Part shown: one piece after another, positions 59,371 to 64,000 of the stretch
Layout of the letters: every line of letters begins with the position of its first letter
Numbering within the stretch: position 1 is the stretch's first letter
DNA from: a bacterium
GTDB taxonomy: Bacteria; Zixibacteria; MSB-5A5; GN15; FEB-12
Direction: 5' to 3'
Assembly: GCA_043811375.1 (NCBI GenBank)
Contig: JBDRNJ010000024.1
Location: 54,869-118,868 of the forward strand
Length of the DNA: 64,000 bases
Position numbers and translations under genes: made by a program
The notes under the pieces: generated by a model
What the model was told of the DNA's origin: nothing
Databases searched by the model: none
What the model saw: only the letters and a program-made list of their open reading frames with translations

Positions 59371-61221
59371 ATGTTTGAATCATTGCGCAAGATGATATTA
59401 CCTATCATCATTATTGTATTGTTCTTTTTTGTCGCCATGATTGTGCTGCAGTGGGGGTTGGGTCTGGACCGCCGGAGTCAGTTCACTGACGCCAATGTCG
59501 CTGCTGTAATCAACGGCGAGGAGGTCTCCTGGCAGGAATATAATCGAGCTTACAACGCTCTTTACCAGGCAGAAGCGTTCGAGACCGAAGAAGAACTGCC
59601 CGAAACCAAGGTCCGCGAGCTTCACCAGCAAGCCTGGCGGCAGCTTCTTCATGACCGATTGATAAAACAGGAACTGGTCAAGAAAAACTACGTGGTAACT
59701 GACGACGAACTGTACGCCTTCCTGAGATACAATCCGCCGCCGGAACTGCAACAGATTCCTCAATTCCAAACTGACGGCAAGTTTGATTATCAGAAGTACT
59801 TCAGTGCCATGGCCGATCCCCAGGCATCATCTTTCTGGGCGTCGATTGAGCCGTTCGCACGGGAAAACATCCTGAAGCAGAAACTCCAGGAATCGGTAAT
59901 CATGGCAGCCCGGGTGACGGAGTGGGAGATCAGAGATCTCTACCGGTCAGAACGAGAAAAAATCAAGGTGGGAGCAATCAATATCCCATTCGCCCGCTTC
60001 TCAAAACCGCCTCCGAAAAATACCGATGAGGAATTGCTGGAATACTATACTGAACACCAGAATGAATACACTATCGAAGAACGAGCCGCGCTGAGCCTGG
60101 CCATGATCGAGAAAGAACCAAAGCCGCTTGATTGGGAACGCAGTTACAACGAAGCTATGGTTCTTCTTGATTCGATCCGGGCCGGAGCAGACTTCGCCGA
60201 ACTGGCCGGTCGTTACTCCCAGGATCCCGGTTCGGCAGCCCAGGATGGTGATCTGGGCTGGTTCCCCAGGGGACAAATGGTGGAAGAGTTTGACCGCAAG
60301 GCCTTTTCGATGAAGGAAGGCGAAGTCTCCGAACCGATCAGGACTCAATTCGGTTGGCACATTATCAAACTCTACGGCTTTAAAGAGGAATTGGAGATAC
60401 TGCGCGGCCAAACGGAGGAACAACTGGTTAAGAAAGCCCATGCCTCCCACATTCTGATAAAAGCCGAACCGGGTCAGGAAACGCTCGACCGAGCCTACCG
60501 CAGGCTTGAGGACTTCCGCAGCGCCGCGATCTCGGATGGCTTCTTCAAGGCTGCCGAGGACCTGGCGATGCCGATCAAACAGATCCAGCCGTTCTTTCGA
60601 GGGGGGAATATCCAGTTCCTGGGGCGGGATGCACAGGCCGGTCTGTTTGCCTTCGATAATGAGGTTGATGCCATTTCAGAAGTGATGGAGAACCAGTCCG
60701 CATATTATGTGGTGCGAGTGGCTCAGCGCATGGAGGCCGGTATGGCTAACTTTGAGGAATCCGGCGAGAAGGTCTCGATGGACCTGTTGAAGTACAAAGT
60801 AACCAAACTGTGTCGAGACACCGCCGATGCCATTTACGCTGAAATCCTCAAGGGCACTGACCCCAAAAAAGCCGCCGAGATGTTTGGCGCCCTGTACGAA
60901 ACGCTGGAAGAGTTCAACCGCTACGGCAGCATCAAGGGAGTGGGGAGAGACCCGGTGGCTATCGGCGCCGCCTTTTCTCTCACGGAACCGGATCAAATAT
61001 CGAAACCAATCAACTACGACCAGGGATGTATCATCTACAAGCTGCAGGAGCGAAGCAGCCTCGATCTGAGCGATTACAACCGCCAGCGCGATTCTCTCTA
61101 TACGATCATTCTCAACAACAAGCGCCAGGGCACTTATGGGCGCTGGTTTGAAAACCTGCTGGATAATTCCGAGGTACAGAACAATGTTGACAAGGCCCTG
61201 GCGGAGGGTGCCGAATTCTAA
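59371..61221 (+). CDS. ppiD: PpiD/SurA-like peptidyl-prolyl isomerase chaperone
   Basis: N-terminal TM, SurA-N region and a parvulin domain (F.ELA..YS.D.GS...GDLGWF..G.MV.EF...T.FGWHII). Confidence 0.82.
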   Translation: MFESLRKMILPIIIIVLFFFVAMIVLQWGLGLDRRSQFTDANVAAVINGEEVSWQEYNRAYNALYQAEAFETEEELPETKVRELHQQAWRQLLHDRLIKQELVKKNYVVTDDELYAFLRYNPPPELQQIPQFQTDGKFDYQKYFSAMADPQASSFWASIEPFARENILKQKLQESVIMAARVTEWEIRDLYRSEREKIKVGAINIPFARFSKPPPKNTDEELLEYYTEHQNEYTIEERAALSLAMIEKEPKPLDWERSYNEAMVLLDSIRAGADFAELAGRYSQDPGSAAQDGDLGWFPRGQMVEEFDRKAFSMKEGEVSEPIRTQFGWHIIKLYGFKEELEILRGQTEEQLVKKAHASHILIKAEPGQETLDRAYRRLEDFRSAAISDGFFKAAEDLAMPIKQIQPFFRGGNIQFLGRDAQAGLFAFDNEVDAISEVMENQSAYYVVRVAQRMEAGMANFEESGEKVSMDLLKYKVTKLCRDTADAIYAEILKGTDPKKAAEMFGALYETLEEFNRYGSIKGVGRDPVAIGAAFSLTEPDQISKPINYDQGCIIYKLQERSSLDLSDYNRQRDSLYTIILNNKRQGTYGRWFENLLDNSEVQNNVDKALAEGAEF

Positions 61222-61244
61222 AACGCCTTACCTGAAACTTACCG

Positions 61245-61279
61245 AGGGCCGTCGAGCAGTAATGCTCAACGGCCCTTTT
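61245..61279 (+). terminator. Intrinsic terminator after ppiD
   Basis: AGGGCCGT.GAGCA-loop-TGCTC.ACGGCCCT followed by TTT. Confidence 0.72.
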
Positions 61280-61462
61280 CACTTGGGGCTATGATTGGAA
61301 TTTCCGTGATGGTGAAAATGCCCCAACAACAAGACTATCACGACCGACATCGTTGGAAGAAAGGCGGTACATTTCATCGACATTGCTTTTAACTCCAAAC
61401 CACCATATCCTGCAGGATGAACGAGGCGGCCGGTGGCTGACAAATGCCGCCCTGGACATGTC

Positions 61463-62374
61463 ATGAAACGTGATCGAATCATACTCGGATCGCGGGGATC
61501 AGACCTGGCGCTGGCCCAGGCTGAAATCGTCCGCAATTCTCTGGTCGACCATCTGGACGTGCCGGTGGAAATTCGTCCCATCCGAACGACCGGTGATCGA
61601 GTGACCGATCTCCCTTTACAACGACTTGAAGGTACCGGTTTTTTTACGAAGGAACTGGAGGAGGCGTTGCTGGCCGGTCAGGCAGACCTGGCCGTACACT
61701 CTCTGAAAGATCTCCCGACCGCGATACCGGTCGGACTGAAACTGGGAGCTATCGCTTTTAGTGAAGATCGGCGAGAACTACTCATAATCCGTCCCGAGTC
61801 GCAAACCGGGACCGGGCCGTTGCCCATCCGACCGGGTGGGGTGGTTGCGTCCGGCTCGCCACGACGTCAATGCCAGATCGTACACCTTAATTCCACGCTG
61901 AAAACAACCGGCCTGCGCGGCAACATACCGACACGCATCAGAAAACTGCGACAGGGACAATATGACGCCATCGTCATCGCTGCCGCCGGAGTGCGACGGC
62001 TGAAACTCGATTTGTCCGATCTCGAAACGATCTGTCTCGACCCGGAAACGTTCCTTCCGGCCCCCGGCCAGGGAATGTTGGCAATTCAGGTTCGTTGTGA
62101 GGATACCGCTCTTCAAGCGGCCGTAGCCGAACTCGATTCGCCGCTGGATAGACTGACGGCCGATCTGGAGCGAGGTCTGCTGGCCAGATTTCAATCCGGC
62201 TGCTCACTGCCGCTGGGGGTTCACTCGCAGGTCGACAACGGCGTCTTCCACCTTAAGGCGGTGCTCGGTCGGAAAAAAGATGACGGCTGGGGGACACTGA
62301 AATGCGCCGAAGTCACGGGAACCGATGTTGAAACCGTTATTGACCGGGTATTCAAAATGCTTCAGCAACCATGA
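61463..62374 (+). CDS. hemC: Hydroxymethylbilane synthase (porphobilinogen deaminase)
   Basis: GSRGS.LAL.Q, TTGD, FTKELE, VHSLKD, LRGN..TR..KL, PAPGQG and ER......GC..P motifs. Confidence 0.95.
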   Translation: MKRDRIILGSRGSDLALAQAEIVRNSLVDHLDVPVEIRPIRTTGDRVTDLPLQRLEGTGFFTKELEEALLAGQADLAVHSLKDLPTAIPVGLKLGAIAFSEDRRELLIIRPESQTGTGPLPIRPGGVVASGSPRRQCQIVHLNSTLKTTGLRGNIPTRIRKLRQGQYDAIVIAAAGVRRLKLDLSDLETICLDPETFLPAPGQGMLAIQVRCEDTALQAAVAELDSPLDRLTADLERGLLARFQSGCSLPLGVHSQVDNGVFHLKAVLGRKKDDGWGTLKCAEVTGTDVETVIDRVFKMLQQP

Positions 62375-62416
62375 GTCGACACCGGTCATATAACAACCAG
62401 GAGGTACCAGGCTGAC

Positions 62417-63706
62417 GTGAATACGGAAAAGTCACAAAAACTGATGCAGGCATCAGAGGCAGTCATCCCCGGCGGCGTCAATTCCCCCGTCCGGGCTTTC
62501 AAATCGGTGGGCGGCACACCACGAGCAATGCTGACAGGTCAGGGTGCCTGGTTGTACGATATTGACGGCAACCGTTACCTGGACTTCTGTGGCTCCTGGG
62601 GGCCGCTTATTCTGGGACATGCCGATACGGACGTTGTCAACGCCGTTACCGAGCAGGTGCGCCGCGGCATGACCTTTGGGACCGCCACCGAGCAGGAATT
62701 TGAACTGGCCGATCTCATCGTGTCGCAGGTTGACGCCGTAGAGAAGATTCGTTTTGTCTCGTCGGGCACGGAAGCCGTGATGTCGGCTATCAGGGTAGCT
62801 CGCGGTTTTACCGGTCGCGATCTGATTCTCAAATTCGATGGCTGCTACCACGGCCATGCCGATCACCTGCTGGTTAAAGCCGGTTCCGGTTCGGCGACGT
62901 TCGGGCAGCCCTCTTCGGCCGGAGTACCTCGGGCTTTCACCGATCAGACGGCAGTGCTGACCCTGGACAGCGAAGAACTGCTGGAGGAGTTTTTTCAACA
63001 AAACGGCAGCAAGCTGGCAGCCGTTATCATCGAGGGTGTCCCCGCCAACAACGGTCTGCTGATCCAGCGACCGGAGTTCATGATCCGGCTGCAGAAACTC
63101 ACTCGCGAGTGCGGCGCTCTGCTGATTCTCGATGAAGTCATCACCGGCTTTCGGCTGGGTTTACAGGGAGCTGCCGGGTATTACCAGCTTAATCCCGATC
63201 TGATAACATTCGGCAAAGTTATCGGCGGTGGTATGCCGGTTGGAGCTTTTGGCGGCCGGGCCGATGTCATGGAAAAATTGTCGCCGCTGGGACCGGTCTA
63301 CCAGGCTGGTACACTCTCGGGCAACCCGGTGGCCATGACAGCCGGGCTGATGACTCTCCGCAAGCTGACTGATGGGCAGATATACGATCAACTGCAATCA
63401 AAAACAGCCGCCTTCGTCGACCGGCTGCACCGGAACCTTACGGGCCTGCCGGTACAGGTAGCGTCACTCGCATCCATATTCTGGATTTGTTTTCAAACGG
63501 ACTTGCCGCGCGCCGCCGACCGGGTCAAATCATCCGGCATTGAGAAGTTCAACCGTATCCATGGACATCTGCTCGATCAGGGCATCTACCTGCCCCCGTC
63601 AGGCTATGAGGTCTGCTTTGTCTCGGCGACCCACACCGAGGAGATGCTCAGCGCAACGGCCGAAAAAATCACCCGGATAATCCACCGGAGTCTCGGCGAT
63701 CAGTAG
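62417..63706 (+). CDS. hemL: Glutamate-1-semialdehyde 2,1-aminomutase
   Basis: PGGVNSPVRAF, SGTEA, GCYHGH, DEV.TGFR, GK.IGGG.P and QAGTLSGNP motifs. Confidence 0.97.
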   Translation: MNTEKSQKLMQASEAVIPGGVNSPVRAFKSVGGTPRAMLTGQGAWLYDIDGNRYLDFCGSWGPLILGHADTDVVNAVTEQVRRGMTFGTATEQEFELADLIVSQVDAVEKIRFVSSGTEAVMSAIRVARGFTGRDLILKFDGCYHGHADHLLVKAGSGSATFGQPSSAGVPRAFTDQTAVLTLDSEELLEEFFQQNGSKLAAVIIEGVPANNGLLIQRPEFMIRLQKLTRECGALLILDEVITGFRLGLQGAAGYYQLNPDLITFGKVIGGGMPVGAFGGRADVMEKLSPLGPVYQAGTLSGNPVAMTAGLMTLRKLTDGQIYDQLQSKTAAFVDRLHRNLTGLPVQVASLASIFWICFQTDLPRAADRVKSSGIEKFNRIHGHLLDQGIYLPPSGYEVCFVSATHTEEMLSATAEKITRIIHRSLGDQ

Positions 63707-63721
63707 TAATAGGGCCGCCGC

Positions 63722-64000
63722 CTACGGGCACGGTGGCGGTGGCGGACCACCCTGAAACAGGTAGGCGACCAGGTAGGTTATATCCCCCACATTCACCGGT
63801 ACGCCACCGCCCTCCTGTCCGTCCACATTGGCCGCTTCCAGACAGGGCACCTCGGTGTGGGGCGGGAAAAGGTAGCTCACCAGGTACATCAAGTCGGCAA
63901 TGTTGATACCCTCCTGCACATCGATATCACCGCGCCGGTTATGACAGCAATCCACCACTGCAAAACAATGCGGCCCGTCCCAGCCGGGGCGATAAAACTC
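63722..64000 (-). CDS. C-terminal end of a secreted protein with a dockerin-like tail (partial)
   Basis: Open from the window edge: EFYRPGWDGPHCFAVVDCCHNRRGDID...INIADL.YLV.YLF...C..AANVD...NVGDITYLVAYLFQGGPPPPPCP. Confidence 0.85.
   Translation of the reverse strand, partial: EFYRPGWDGPHCFAVVDCCHNRRGDIDVQEGINIADLMYLVSYLFPPHTEVPCLEAANVDGQEGGGVPVNVGDITYLVAYLFQGGPPPPPCP

Overview
This is a gene-dense, moderately GC-rich chromosome segment from a diderm bacterium. Three genes end in Cys-flanked dockerin-like tails, which suggests candidate division Zixibacteria (inference, no search run). Most of the window is housekeeping: ribDE-ribBA-ribH-nusB under an FMN riboswitch, efp-rnhC, hrcA-grpE-dnaK-dnaJ-rsmE-pilD-sensor kinase, sdhCAB, lolE-lolD-mcsA-mcsB-clpC, rpmA, ppiD and hemC-hemL. 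No tRNA, rRNA, CRISPR array or transposase was seen. Five things stand out. (1) A non-catalytic Lnt-N-terminal-like membrane protein ends in a RAPP ribosome-arrest-like motif about 40 aa after its last TM helix and sits upstream of an IPTL-CTERM surface protein, a candidate membrane-insertion-sensing leader system. (2) A lipid-linked glycosylation cluster is headed by a TMEM260/DUF2723-like GT-C. (3) Nested MITEs with clear TIRs and TSDs are inserted into REP-like hairpins, and three of the same repeat families are captured in-frame inside a secreted beta-propeller gene. (4) Dockerin-tagged 7-blade propellers carry hypervariable loops. (5) A full protein-arginine phosphorylation set (McsA/McsB/ClpC plus YwlE) is present without ctsR in the window.
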